Below are positions 1-9,487 of a stretch of 64,000 bases of DNA, in pieces. The DNA is from an uncultured Elusimicrobia bacterium (lineage in GTDB: Bacteria; Elusimicrobiota; Endomicrobiia; Endomicrobiales; CAIRNS01): NCBI GenBank assembly GCA_903880015.1, contig CAIRNS010000025.1:36621-100620 (forward strand), given 5' to 3'. Below the pieces are notes generated by a model, which saw only the letters and a list, made by a program, of their open reading frames with translations, was not told the origin of the DNA and searched no databases. Each line of letters begins with the position of its first letter. The first letter of the stretch is position 1. The translations under genes and the position numbers were made by a program.

Positions 1-641
1 ACAACTGGCATATAGGCCATGGCGAACATCTGCGGGGGAATCATGTGGTCAATGTGCCCCTGATAATCAAATTCCCGAAATCTTCACCGGTGGGCTGTCC
101 CGCAATTGTTCCGCACACCATTACTTCGGTAACCCGGGACATCGATATTGAACCGACACTGCTCGACTATCTTGGGATTTCACCTCCGCAGGGAATTGAC
201 GGAACCAGCCTCATGCCGCTGGCATTTGGCGAACAATCCGATATGGGTCTTACGGCGTTTTCAGAAACTGGGATATGGTTCAGTGATTTGACCGATGCGT
301 TTTATCAAAAGGAACGCATCATGTATCCCGATATTACCGGGCTGTCGCGAATCGATTTTACCTATAATCTTGAAGTGGTCATCAAAGACGAGTACCGGGA
401 TCTCATCAATACTGCCAAACACCGGATGGTCGACGATGGTAGATACCGTTTGATATACGCCCCTACCCGTCAAGGAATGATCTATGAACTCTTCGATCGC
501 CAGACGGATCCCTCTTTTGAGCGCAATCTTGCCGGGGAAATGCCCGAAAAAGTGAGGGAATTAAAGAAGAAACTATTCGCCTATATGACCAAAGACCCCA
601 CGATTATCATGAAAAACGAATATGCGGTGCCGCAGCAATGA
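1..641 (+). CDS. Sulfatase/alkaline phosphatase superfamily protein, C-terminal part (5' end outside window)
   Basis: Frame is open from base 3 (NWHIGHGEHLRGNHVVNVPLII). Motifs DIEPTLLDYLG, IDGTSL and ELFDRQTDP..NLA are typical of sulfatase C-termini. Stop overlaps the next ATG (ATGA). Confidence 0.8.
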   Translation, partial: NWHIGHGEHLRGNHVVNVPLIIKFPKSSPVGCPAIVPHTITSVTRDIDIEPTLLDYLGISPPQGIDGTSLMPLAFGEQSDMGLTAFSETGIWFSDLTDAFYQKERIMYPDITGLSRIDFTYNLEVVIKDEYRDLINTAKHRMVDDGRYRLIYAPTRQGMIYELFDRQTDPSFERNLAGEMPEKVRELKKKLFAYMTKDPTIIMKNEYAVPQQ

Positions 642-3001
642 AAATAAAACGAGCGTTTATTCTTGTTTTTTGTGCGGCAATCGTTGTTTTTGGGGCGTTT
701 TACTTATTATTTATTATCCCCGATGACCGCCGTATCCCGGCCGAGCTTATAAACTTTCAGCCGTGGGAAAACCATCTCCAGAAATGGTATGACTTTACCG
801 AACAATTGCCCCGTGCGGTTGTTACCATGCCCAACGCCAAGCAGACATTGAAACTGCTCAACCGATATCCGTATAAAGAAACAAATCCGTCGCTTCACAC
901 CAGTCCGCTGAACATGCATATTTCTCTGGGATGGTTCCCGATGAAAACCGTCCATCGGGACTGCATTGTGGCCGCGGAAAGCATAGTGTACCCGGAATGC
1001 ACGCTTCCCGATCATGCTTCCCTGTCGTTTGATTACGGCATTATTTCATCGATTAACCGTCAGCTCTTGGGTCCGGTGAGATTTAAGGTTATCATGAAGG
1101 GCCGGGACGGTCATGATCAGGTTGTTTTTGATAAAACCGTAGAGCCGATTAAGCCCTACCGGTGGCAGTATTTTGAAAGTTTCTATAAAAATATTTATAA
1201 ATATCTTTATCCCCGTCTTGAGGAGCGAGACAGCCGCTGGGAAAGTATTTCTATCAATCTCGATGAGTACTCTCGCGGACCGGTCAGGTTTGCATTCATC
1301 GCCAATGGCACCGGCGATGTGTCGTCAATAGGTTTCTGGGGGCAGCCGCAGATACATATTCCGGTTACGGGTCCTGCGAAAAAAAATGTCATGCTTATCG
1401 TCATTGATTCGATGCGCGCTGACCATCTCGTTTCTGGGCTGTCTCCCTATTTGATACAGTGGTCGCGTCGCGGTGTTGTGTTCGAAAATGCATTGTCTAA
1501 CGGGAATATGACGAAGCTTTCCGTCAGTTCATTTCTTTCATCCCGGTATCCTTTTGAAATGCCCGAGCTGGCGCAGCATTATGACCTTTCGCAGGCCGAT
1601 AAAAATACCTTTTACGCCCGTCATTTTCCGACACTGCCCGGGGTATTGAAGAAGCAGGGCTATCGCACTGCGCAAATCGGATCCGTGTCGCTATTTTCTG
1701 CCGGGCACGGATTTTCCGCCGACATGGGGTTCGATGAAAGCTGGAATCTCGAACATTCCGGATATAGCCCCCCGCATGTGACGGACTCCGCCATCGACTG
1801 GCTGGAAAAACACGGGCAGGAACCGTTTTTTCTTATGGTTTATTACGAGGGGCCGCACGGCCCGTATCGACCACCTTTGCGGTATTTGCTCCAATCCCTG
1901 CGGTTAGGCATTCCTGCGATCGGTCGGTGGTGGGATGTCTTGTACCGAGGGGAAATACTCTATCACGATGCGTACCTGGCGCGATTGCGCGAATATCTGG
2001 TGCGCCGCGGTCTTGACAAAAATACGACCGTCATCATTACTGCTGACCACGGAGTGGCGTTTCGTTCACAGACATACGATTGGCCAGAAAAATACGGTCC
2101 ATGGAAAAAGAAGAAAGTATCCTTCCATTCGCACGGCGTTTCCGTAACGCCTGAGGATCTGCATGTGCCGCTGATTATTATAGATCCGCAATGGCCACAG
2201 GGAAATGGGAAACCCTCTCTCTCTGCAGGTTCTTCCCGGAAAGAATATGTTCAATTATTAGATTTAGCGCCGACCATTGTGTCGATGTGCGGCGGTACGC
2301 CGCCGCGGGATTTCCACGGCAACAGTTTGGTGCCGCTTCTTGCGGGAAAACCGTTTGATGAACCGATAACCTTCCATCAGGGATGGCTCAATTACGGCAT
2401 TTATCTACAACACCGTTATCTGTACATCCGCAACACCGCCCCACGCGAAGGGTTCCCTCCGGAAACGGTTGTTCCTGAAGAATTGTACGATATTCAATCG
2501 GATCCTCTCTGTCTTGACAATAGGGCGGGTAGAGAAACCCCGCAGTTAATCAGCTTGCGTCGCCAGGTCCGTTCGTTCGTGCGTCCGGCGCGGCAGATAC
2601 GGCTCGGCTTTTCGGGCGCTGAAGGTCAGAGCGCACGGTTAATGCTCACGGTCTACGATCCGCAACCGCGGACATTTGCCGTCGAAATTTCATCAGGCGA
2701 ATATAAAACTATGGATGTCGGGGATATCCGCAAAGCAGTATTGAGCGGAACGATTAATGGACGCCAGATATCCGCCGTAGATATTTTAGCAGGCAGGAGT
2801 GCGCTGCCCCTGGAGACAGATTGTGTGCTTTCGGCGGAGGATTTGGATCTGGCGGGCGGCTGGCCGGATCAGTTCGCGTATCTGCCCCGCCCCCGCCTTG
2901 TCATTGGGGTTATTGAAAAAGATATTGATGCAATAGATAATTCAAAGAAAGCTCCACAACAGCTTAAGTCAATGCTTGAACAATGGGGATATATTCATTG
3001 A
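638..3001 (+). CDS. Membrane-anchored sulfatase-like hydrolase/transferase (787 aa)
   Basis: N-terminal hydrophobic anchor; NVMLIVIDSMRADH, PHGPY, TADHG, HVPLII and LLDLAPTI motifs; Thr292 lies at the nucleophile position and there is no C/SxPxR. Confidence 0.8.
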   Translation: MKIKRAFILVFCAAIVVFGAFYLLFIIPDDRRIPAELINFQPWENHLQKWYDFTEQLPRAVVTMPNAKQTLKLLNRYPYKETNPSLHTSPLNMHISLGWFPMKTVHRDCIVAAESIVYPECTLPDHASLSFDYGIISSINRQLLGPVRFKVIMKGRDGHDQVVFDKTVEPIKPYRWQYFESFYKNIYKYLYPRLEERDSRWESISINLDEYSRGPVRFAFIANGTGDVSSIGFWGQPQIHIPVTGPAKKNVMLIVIDSMRADHLVSGLSPYLIQWSRRGVVFENALSNGNMTKLSVSSFLSSRYPFEMPELAQHYDLSQADKNTFYARHFPTLPGVLKKQGYRTAQIGSVSLFSAGHGFSADMGFDESWNLEHSGYSPPHVTDSAIDWLEKHGQEPFFLMVYYEGPHGPYRPPLRYLLQSLRLGIPAIGRWWDVLYRGEILYHDAYLARLREYLVRRGLDKNTTVIITADHGVAFRSQTYDWPEKYGPWKKKKVSFHSHGVSVTPEDLHVPLIIIDPQWPQGNGKPSLSAGSSRKEYVQLLDLAPTIVSMCGGTPPRDFHGNSLVPLLAGKPFDEPITFHQGWLNYGIYLQHRYLYIRNTAPREGFPPETVVPEELYDIQSDPLCLDNRAGRETPQLISLRRQVRSFVRPARQIRLGFSGAEGQSARLMLTVYDPQPRTFAVEISSGEYKTMDVGDIRKAVLSGTINGRQISAVDILAGRSALPLETDCVLSAEDLDLAGGWPDQFAYLPRPRLVIGVIEKDIDAIDNSKKAPQQLKSMLEQWGYIH

Positions 3002-3024
3002 AAATGTAGTAAAATAGGGGTGTT

Positions 3025-4245
3025 ATGACGACTCTGATATACATGCTTAACATTCTGTTTGCAGTGTCCATGCCGGTGACACATATTGTTGGATATGCGG
3101 TAGGATTGGTCGCCCTTGCCCTTTCATGGAAGTTCAGGCGGCAATTGGTACGCGAGCCACTTGTCATCTGTCTGTTACTTCTTCTGGCGTATGGAGCCCT
3201 ACGCACCCTTTTCTCAACTCAGCCGGCGGTCGGCGCTGGAGCCATGTTTGGTTATTTCAGCCACTGGTTACTGCCGCTGCTTCTGGGCTACCTTTTAGCC
3301 CGTATATCTCCCGAAAAAACTCCTCGCCTTGTTGCGCTTTTCTCGATTTCATTTATGGTTTTGTTTGCTGTTTCGTTTGTTTCCTACGTGGGGCTGATGC
3401 CGCATCATTTTGATATTGCGGGGCTCGGGGATTTTGTCTTGGTTGAAAGCGGACTGTTAAAAGGGTTGCGGTCACATATTTCACTGGCTTCGATTTGTCT
3501 GATATTGATATTTATTCATGTTCACTTTGCCCGCGGTCGACAGTTCCGCCGTTTGTCTTTTGTTGTCATTCCTGTTTCGCTGATAGTACTGATATTGACC
3601 GGGTCGCGGGGGTATTATATCGCGGGCATATTGTCGTTTGCGGCGTATGGGATTTGGCATGCCTTGTCTACGGGGAAAATTAAACAGTTGTTGTTTGGCG
3701 TTGGCATTGCCGTTCTGCTCGCCACGGCTGCGTATGTCGCAGTTCCGGTTTTGCGGGAGCGGCTCAATCATACCGGACCAAGCGACAATAATATTCGGGA
3801 GCGGTTGGCATTGTATGATGTGGCAGTGCGCGAAATCAAAGACCGTCCGCTGACCGGTTTTGGGCCCGGTCAGGGAATCAAACAAACCGCCTATTTCGCT
3901 CAACTTGCGCTGGACATGCGCACCGTTAACCGTCACCCCCATCTGCATTCATTTTATTTGAATTTTCTCGCCGACATGGGATTGGTTGGGTTTCTTTTGT
4001 TTATAGGGATCATATATTTCCTGCTCCGGCGTTTGTGGTGCGCCGGCACATCAGCCGATGCATTCACCGCTGCGCTGGGTCGAGGCCTTTTCTGGGCAAT
4101 CGCCGGCATTCTGGCGGGGGAATGTTTCGACACGCTCTTGTTGGGCCCTTGGACCGCCATGGAAATATTCTGGCTCTCCGGTCTGGTGCTGGGAAGCAGC
4201 ATCCCATTAAAGGAACAGACTGTCAGTGCAAATAATTTGAAATAA
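3025..4245 (+). CDS. waaL: O-antigen ligase family protein
   Basis: Polytopic membrane protein with LTGSRG, R-x-x-LY, PLTGFGPG and HPHLHSFYLNFLADMGLVG (Wzy_C-type H motif), inside an LPS cluster. Confidence 0.75.
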   Translation: MTTLIYMLNILFAVSMPVTHIVGYAVGLVALALSWKFRRQLVREPLVICLLLLLAYGALRTLFSTQPAVGAGAMFGYFSHWLLPLLLGYLLARISPEKTPRLVALFSISFMVLFAVSFVSYVGLMPHHFDIAGLGDFVLVESGLLKGLRSHISLASICLILIFIHVHFARGRQFRRLSFVVIPVSLIVLILTGSRGYYIAGILSFAAYGIWHALSTGKIKQLLFGVGIAVLLATAAYVAVPVLRERLNHTGPSDNNIRERLALYDVAVREIKDRPLTGFGPGQGIKQTAYFAQLALDMRTVNRHPHLHSFYLNFLADMGLVGFLLFIGIIYFLLRRLWCAGTSADAFTAALGRGLFWAIAGILAGECFDTLLLGPWTAMEIFWLSGLVLGSSIPLKEQTVSANNLK

Positions 4246-4253
4246 AGGATTGT

Positions 4254-5132
4254 GTGTTTATGGTCAGAGTCAGCGGTGCGGTTATCATTCGAAACGGCGT
4301 TAAATACGGGTATCCCTTCATAGAGTCGATACGGTCCATTCTGCCGTTGTGTGATGAAGTCGTCATTGCTGTGGGGGATTCTGAGGATGGGACTCGGGAT
4401 AAGATCGGTGCTCTCAATGACCATCGCATCCGGATTATCGATACCGTGTGGGATATGACACAACGGACCGGCGGGACTGTTCTTTCCGAGCAGACGAATA
4501 TCGCTCTACGCGCCTGTACCGGCGACTGGATATTCTACATACAATCAGACGAAGCGGCGCATGAACAAGACTTTGAGAACATGCGGGCGGCGATGGATGC
4601 CGCTGATAATAATGCCGCCGTCGACGGTCTCTTTTTTGAGTATGTACATTTGTACGGGAGTTACTTTACGGAGCAGGTTGCACGGAACTGGTATGCGCGC
4701 GAAGTGCGTTTGATAAAAAACCGTCGGGGCATTGTATCTCATGGCGACGCACAGGGATTCCGTGTCAACGGTGAGAAAATCGTTGCGGCGCCCGCCCATG
4801 GCCGGATATTTCATTATGGATGGGCGCGTCCGCCGGAAGTGATGGCCCAGAAAGTAAAGTCCTTTCACGCCCTTTGGCATGATGATCAGTGGATAAAAGA
4901 CAATTGCGATGGCAAGGAGTTAGAGGCCTATTTCTCGGATCTTGGTAATTTGGTAGAATATAGGGGAACTCATCCCGCGGTTATGGCGGGGCTGATTAAC
5001 CGCGATGCGGTAGCGTTCATCATGTCGTTGCGTCAACGCTATCTTAAACAACGCTCACTGCGCCGCCTGCTGAAAGATTATATGCGGTCACTGCCGCTAG
5101 TAAGGCACTCTAACTTTAAAAAACATGGTTAA
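4254..5132 (+). CDS. Glycosyltransferase family 2
   Basis: YPFIESIRSILPLCDEVVIAVGDSEDGT, CTGDWIFYIQSDE and IFHYGWARP. Start may be ATG 4260. Confidence 0.8.
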   Translation: MFMVRVSGAVIIRNGVKYGYPFIESIRSILPLCDEVVIAVGDSEDGTRDKIGALNDHRIRIIDTVWDMTQRTGGTVLSEQTNIALRACTGDWIFYIQSDEAAHEQDFENMRAAMDAADNNAAVDGLFFEYVHLYGSYFTEQVARNWYAREVRLIKNRRGIVSHGDAQGFRVNGEKIVAAPAHGRIFHYGWARPPEVMAQKVKSFHALWHDDQWIKDNCDGKELEAYFSDLGNLVEYRGTHPAVMAGLINRDAVAFIMSLRQRYLKQRSLRRLLKDYMRSLPLVRHSNFKKHG

Positions 5133-5841
5133 TTTTCTGCGGTATTCAAAAATCTTCCGTTTGTATGAAACGCTCCAGCCCTTTCTGAAGTATTCTTTGC
5201 CTGTGGAAGAGGGGCTTCCGGGGAAGAATATTTTGGTAATCGCGCCGCATCCCGACGACGAAGCCATCGGTTGTGCGGGAGCCGTGCGCAAGCATATCCT
5301 TGCCGGCAAAAGAGCCGATATTGTTTTCTGCACTATGGACACCGAAGTCCGCCGCACAGAATCCCGCTTTGCAACAGCGCTAACAGGGTTTGCCGACAGT
5401 GAGTACTTTGATTACACCGTTGAGTCATTGGCCCGTCAAAAAGACCTTCCGGCTCGCTTGGGTGCTTTGTGTGAGCTCAAAAAGCCGGACATTATTTTCC
5501 TGCCGTTTTACCTTGATAACCATGTTGATCACCGGGCGGTGAACGCCGCGCTGGCGACCATGGCTGAACGGACATCATTTGATTGCATGGTTTACGCCTA
5601 TCCTGTCTGGTTTCCGTTGTATCCAAATGTGGTCATTGATATCGGCGCCCGCTGGAAAGAGAAAAAAAAGATTATTGAATGTTACGCCTCACAGCTGGCG
5701 ACGCGTGATTATGTCTGTATGAGCCACTCGCTCGGTCAGTACTGGGCGCAGGTGAAAGGGCATGGTCTTTCAGTTGTCGAGACCTTCTTTCGCGCGTCCC
5801 TGCCCACCTATGCGGCGCTGGTGCGAAAGATGCTTTCGTGA
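5125..5841 (+). CDS. PIG-L/LmbE family N-acetylglucosaminyl deacetylase
   Basis: Zn-binding motif ILVIAPHPDDE, plus HVDH and K...IECYASQL. Confidence 0.85.
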   Translation: MVNFLRYSKIFRLYETLQPFLKYSLPVEEGLPGKNILVIAPHPDDEAIGCAGAVRKHILAGKRADIVFCTMDTEVRRTESRFATALTGFADSEYFDYTVESLARQKDLPARLGALCELKKPDIIFLPFYLDNHVDHRAVNAALATMAERTSFDCMVYAYPVWFPLYPNVVIDIGARWKEKKKIIECYASQLATRDYVCMSHSLGQYWAQVKGHGLSVVETFFRASLPTYAALVRKMLS

Positions 5842-6959
5842 AAAAAATCGCTCATATATATTCTTCTTGGACAGCCGGTGGTGCTGAAAAAATAATGCTG
5901 TCCCTTGCCGCCGGGCTTGAACGCGCGGGGTATCTTAATTTTATTGTTGCCCCCGGCGACAGTTATCTTTTTTCACAGGCCCGCCGGATGGAAATCGCTG
6001 CCTGTCCCATCGTGATCAAGGGTTCGTTTGATCCCATCGGAATCGTTACGCTTTGGCGCATTGTCAGCCGTAATAAGATAGATATCATTCATGCCCACCA
6101 GGGGAAAGTATTTTGGCCCTGCATCATCGTCAAAATGTATGCCACGCTACTGCATGTCCTTTGCCCTCGTTCTTACCCGGGCATACCTATGGTCGTTTTT
6201 CACCGTCATGCCGACTTGCCGCACCGGTTTTATTCCCGTTGGCATTATACCTTGGCTGATCAAGTTGTGGCAATTTCAAACGCGGTTGCGCAGGGATTGA
6301 TTGCCCGGGAAAAAGTTGCTCCCGAAAAAATATCAGTGGTCTATAACGGAACGGATTTCGAGCAATTCAGTCCGGCCGTTTCCGGTGAAGCAGTACGGCG
6401 GGAATATCATCTCGAAAATACGATTGTCGTTGGTACGGTCGCGGCGATGAATAAACCCAAGGGAAAAGGTCAGGGATATCTTATTGAAGCGGCTGCATTG
6501 TTGCGGACCCGGTTTCCCGACGCGCGCTATCTGATAGTCGGCACCGGCGACATCCTTGAAGAGCTTAAAGAAAGCGCCCGCCGGCAGGGCGTCGATGACA
6601 TAGTTTTTTTTACCGGGTATCAGGAGTCCGTTGAAAAATATATTGCGGCTATGGATGTATTCTGTTTTTTGTCCTGGGATACCGAAGGATTCGGGCAAGT
6701 GATGGTTGAAGCTCAGGCAATGGGCAAGCCGGTCATCGGCACTGACATTGGCGGCATCCCGGAAACCTTTAAAAACGGTACTACCGGCATTTGTATTCCT
6801 CCAGAAAATACGGATGCGGTGGTATCAGCGATAACTCTGTTTCTTGGAGACCCGGTTCGCCGGCGGGATACCGGGGTTGCAGCGCAATCTTTTGTCCGCG
6901 AACGGTTCGGAATGAAGCAGATGATTGATCAGACCATTGCGGTGTACGAACGCCGGTGA
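5838..6959 (+). CDS. Glycosyltransferase family 4
   Basis: GGAEK N-terminus, KGQ, and EGFGQVMVEAQAMGKPVIGTDIGG (EX7E motif). Confidence 0.9.
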   Translation: MKKIAHIYSSWTAGGAEKIMLSLAAGLERAGYLNFIVAPGDSYLFSQARRMEIAACPIVIKGSFDPIGIVTLWRIVSRNKIDIIHAHQGKVFWPCIIVKMYATLLHVLCPRSYPGIPMVVFHRHADLPHRFYSRWHYTLADQVVAISNAVAQGLIAREKVAPEKISVVYNGTDFEQFSPAVSGEAVRREYHLENTIVVGTVAAMNKPKGKGQGYLIEAAALLRTRFPDARYLIVGTGDILEELKESARRQGVDDIVFFTGYQESVEKYIAAMDVFCFLSWDTEGFGQVMVEAQAMGKPVIGTDIGGIPETFKNGTTGICIPPENTDAVVSAITLFLGDPVRRRDTGVAAQSFVRERFGMKQMIDQTIAVYERR

Positions 6960-6999
6960 AGCAGGTGGCACCGCAGGACAATTCTCAGAGGAGTGACTA

Positions 7000-7761
7000 A
7001 TGCCGAAAATATCCGTGTTCGTTATGACATTCAACAACAAAGATAAGATCAAGGATTGCCTTGAAAGCGTAAAATGGGCTGACGAGATAGTCGTGATGGA
7101 TTCCTTTAGCACGGACGGGACCGTGGAGATATGCCGTCAATATACAGACAGAATTGTCCAGGAAAAATTTGCGGGATTCGGTGCATTACGCAACCATGCG
7201 GTTGCCGCCTGTGCGCATGACTGGATACTGAGCATAGATTCCGATGAGCGATGCACGGAAGAACTCAAAGATGAAGTGCTCTCGCTTCTTCAGCGCGGCC
7301 CCGACTGCGACGCGTATCTTGTCCCCCGGAAAACCTATTTTCTTGATATCTGGGTCCGCCATTGCGGATGGTACCCGGATTACCGTCAGCCGCAGTTTTT
7401 TAATAAACACAAGATGCGCTATAAAGAACAGTTGGTACATGAGGGCTATGAGTTGACGGGGAAGCTCGGTCATCTCAAAGGCCACGCGATTCAGTATCCG
7501 TTCCTTAATCTTGAACAATTTCTCAATAAAATGGATCGGTATTCAAGTTTGCGCGCGGAAGAGATGTTTAAGGATGGAAAACGATTCAGTGTTCTCAATA
7601 TTGTCGTTAATCCCTTAGCCATGTTTTTTCGCATGTTTATTGCAAAACGCGGATTTTTGGACGGCACCGTCGGATTGATGTTGTCGTTGTTGTACGGATA
7701 CTATTACACCATGATTAAATATGTGAAGTTGTGGGAAAAAACCAGACATACCATTTCATGA
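7000..7761 (+). CDS. GT2 LPS core glycosyltransferase (WaaE/LgtF-like beta-1,4-glucosyltransferase family)
   Basis: CLESVKWADEIVVMDSFSTDGT, WILSIDSDE, GWYPDY, VHE and GFLDG; SD GAGGAG. Confidence 0.85.
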   Translation: MPKISVFVMTFNNKDKIKDCLESVKWADEIVVMDSFSTDGTVEICRQYTDRIVQEKFAGFGALRNHAVAACAHDWILSIDSDERCTEELKDEVLSLLQRGPDCDAYLVPRKTYFLDIWVRHCGWYPDYRQPQFFNKHKMRYKEQLVHEGYELTGKLGHLKGHAIQYPFLNLEQFLNKMDRYSSLRAEEMFKDGKRFSVLNIVVNPLAMFFRMFIAKRGFLDGTVGLMLSLLYGYYYTMIKYVKLWEKTRHTIS

Positions 7762-8789
7762 AAAAATTGTTGTTGCCGGTATCTTTTGCCTATGCAGCTG
7801 CTGTAAAGATTGACCGTGCGTTGACTGCTCAGCGTCATCTCAGTAAACCGGTCATCAGCGTGGGCAATATTACCTGGGGCGGCACGGGGAAAACGCCGGT
7901 AGTCATTGCGTTAGCCCGCTATTTTTCTGCCCATAACCGCACCGTTGCCGTTTTGTCGCGCGGATATAAACGCAAAAGCAGCAAAACGCTGGTGGTAAGC
8001 GACGGCGCCGGATCGATGGCGTCACCGGAACAAGCCGGCGATGAACCGTATCTTATAGCGCGGCAATGTCCTCAGGCGGTGGTCATGGCGGGGACCGATC
8101 GTTTTGCTGCGGGTTCTGAAGCTCTGAGCAAATTCCCCGTGGATTCGTATATTCTTGACGATGGATTTCAACATTGGCGGCTTGCCCGCGATTTGGATAT
8201 TGTTTGCATTAATGCCGCGGACCCTTTCGGCAATGGGTGCCTTATTCCGGCGGGGAGTTTACGAGAGTCGCCGGCGGCGTTGCGGCGTGCAGGTATTATC
8301 CTACTTACCAATGCCGATCGCGTAGACGAAGTACGGCGGACACAGATACTGCGGGAGATACAGCGCAATACCGATGCGCCCGTTTGCTTGACAACGTATG
8401 TCCTTGACGGCGTGCGCCGGATAATCGACGGTACGGCACTCCCCGCCGATCGCTACCGCGAACAACCGGTAACTGTTGTTTCGGCTCTGGGTAACAATAC
8501 AGGATTTGTTCAATCGGTTGCGGATGCGGGATGTGTGATTGCTGATTGCAAGGCATTCCGCGATCATCATTGGTATACGGCCGATGAGCTTAAAAAAATG
8601 CAGTCACGAGATAACGGCATCTTTATCACAACTGCTAAAGATGCCGTAAAGCTAAAGTCGCTCTTGTGTAGCTTTTCGCAGACCGATGGGCCGGATAGTT
8701 TTGCCGGTCGATGGTACGAATTGGGGCATACCTTGTCGTTTATCGAGGGGGAAAATCTGTGGCAGGAAAAAATAAAGCCGTTTTTGTAG
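7758..8789 (+). CDS. lpxK: Tetraacyldisaccharide 4'-kinase
   Basis: PVISVGNITWGGTGKTP, LSRGY, GDEP, LDDGFQH, PAGSLRE, DHH and TTAKDAVK. Start moved to ATG 7758 (ATGA overlap with the upstream stop). Confidence 0.95.
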   Translation: MKKLLLPVSFAYAAAVKIDRALTAQRHLSKPVISVGNITWGGTGKTPVVIALARYFSAHNRTVAVLSRGYKRKSSKTLVVSDGAGSMASPEQAGDEPYLIARQCPQAVVMAGTDRFAAGSEALSKFPVDSYILDDGFQHWRLARDLDIVCINAADPFGNGCLIPAGSLRESPAALRRAGIILLTNADRVDEVRRTQILREIQRNTDAPVCLTTYVLDGVRRIIDGTALPADRYREQPVTVVSALGNNTGFVQSVADAGCVIADCKAFRDHHWYTADELKKMQSRDNGIFITTAKDAVKLKSLLCSFSQTDGPDSFAGRWYELGHTLSFIEGENLWQEKIKPFL

Positions 8790-9322
8790 ACCGTGACGGC
8801 ACGCTTATTCACGAACGCCATTACCTCAGCCGCGTCAAGGATATCCGTTTGTTTTCCTGCGCTGTGCCTGCACTTAAAAAGCTCAGAGATGCCGGATTTA
8901 AAATTATCATGGTGACCAATCAGTCCGGAATTGGCCGTGGCTATCTTACTGAAAAAAAGCTCCTGCAGATACATGTGCATCTCAATAAACTTCTCTCAGC
9001 CGCCGGGGTTCCGTTGGATGGCGTTTATTACTGTCCGCACCATCCTGATGTGGCGTGCGGTTGCCGCAAACCGAAGCTCGGCATGGTGGAACAGGCGCGC
9101 AAACGGTTTTCTATCGACCTCAAACGATCGTTTACGATTGGCGACCATGCTGCCGATGTTAAGCTTGGGCAGGCAATGGGGGGGGGCGCTATTTTTGTAT
9201 TAACCGGTCATGGTCGGGAAGAATATCCGAAGTTGACAGCCAAAGGCGCGAAGCCGGATCATGTCGCAAAAAATATATTGGCTGCTGCACGATACATAAC
9301 GGCGCATGGCGGTAGTGAGTAA
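8759..9322 (+). CDS. gmhB: D-glycero-D-manno-heptose 1,7-bisphosphate phosphatase (HAD IIIA)
   Basis: FVDRDGT, VTNQSGIGRG, CPHHP..CGCRKP and IGD. GTG start at 8759 after SD GAGGGG. Confidence 0.88.
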   Translation: MAGKNKAVFVDRDGTLIHERHYLSRVKDIRLFSCAVPALKKLRDAGFKIIMVTNQSGIGRGYLTEKKLLQIHVHLNKLLSAAGVPLDGVYYCPHHPDVACGCRKPKLGMVEQARKRFSIDLKRSFTIGDHAADVKLGQAMGGGAIFVLTGHGREEYPKLTAKGAKPDHVAKNILAAARYITAHGGSE

Positions 9323-9332
9323 AAGGGGCAAA

Positions 9333-9456
9333 TCCCCCTGTGTCCCCCTTTGTCAAAGGGGGAGAAGATTTAACTTCCTTTTTCATCAAGGGAGATTGTA
9401 TGAATTCTCTTCCTCTGAAAAGGGAGGGGGAAGATTTAACTTCTTTTGAAAAGAAT
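9333..9456. repeat. Degenerate tandem cluster of palindromic REP-like units (about 33-bp period)
   Basis: Perfect hairpin TCCCCCTTT-GTC-AAAGGGGGA at 9343-9363, followed by decayed hairpins; exact direct repeat GAAGATTTAACTTC at 9364-9377 and 9430-9443. Confidence 0.7.
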
Positions 9457-9487
9457 GGATACGATTCAACTCTCTGAGGGACTCCGT

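Noticed and set aside
5125-6959. Bacillithiol/mycothiol genes (bshB-bshA or mshB-mshA)
   Set aside because: Same enzyme families, but the GT4 lacks BshA-type signatures I can recognise, no BshC/MshC is nearby, and the context is LPS.
9333-9480. Possible CRISPR array
   Set aside because: Units are degenerate, the intervening sequence is itself repeated or palindromic rather than unique, and there are no cas genes.
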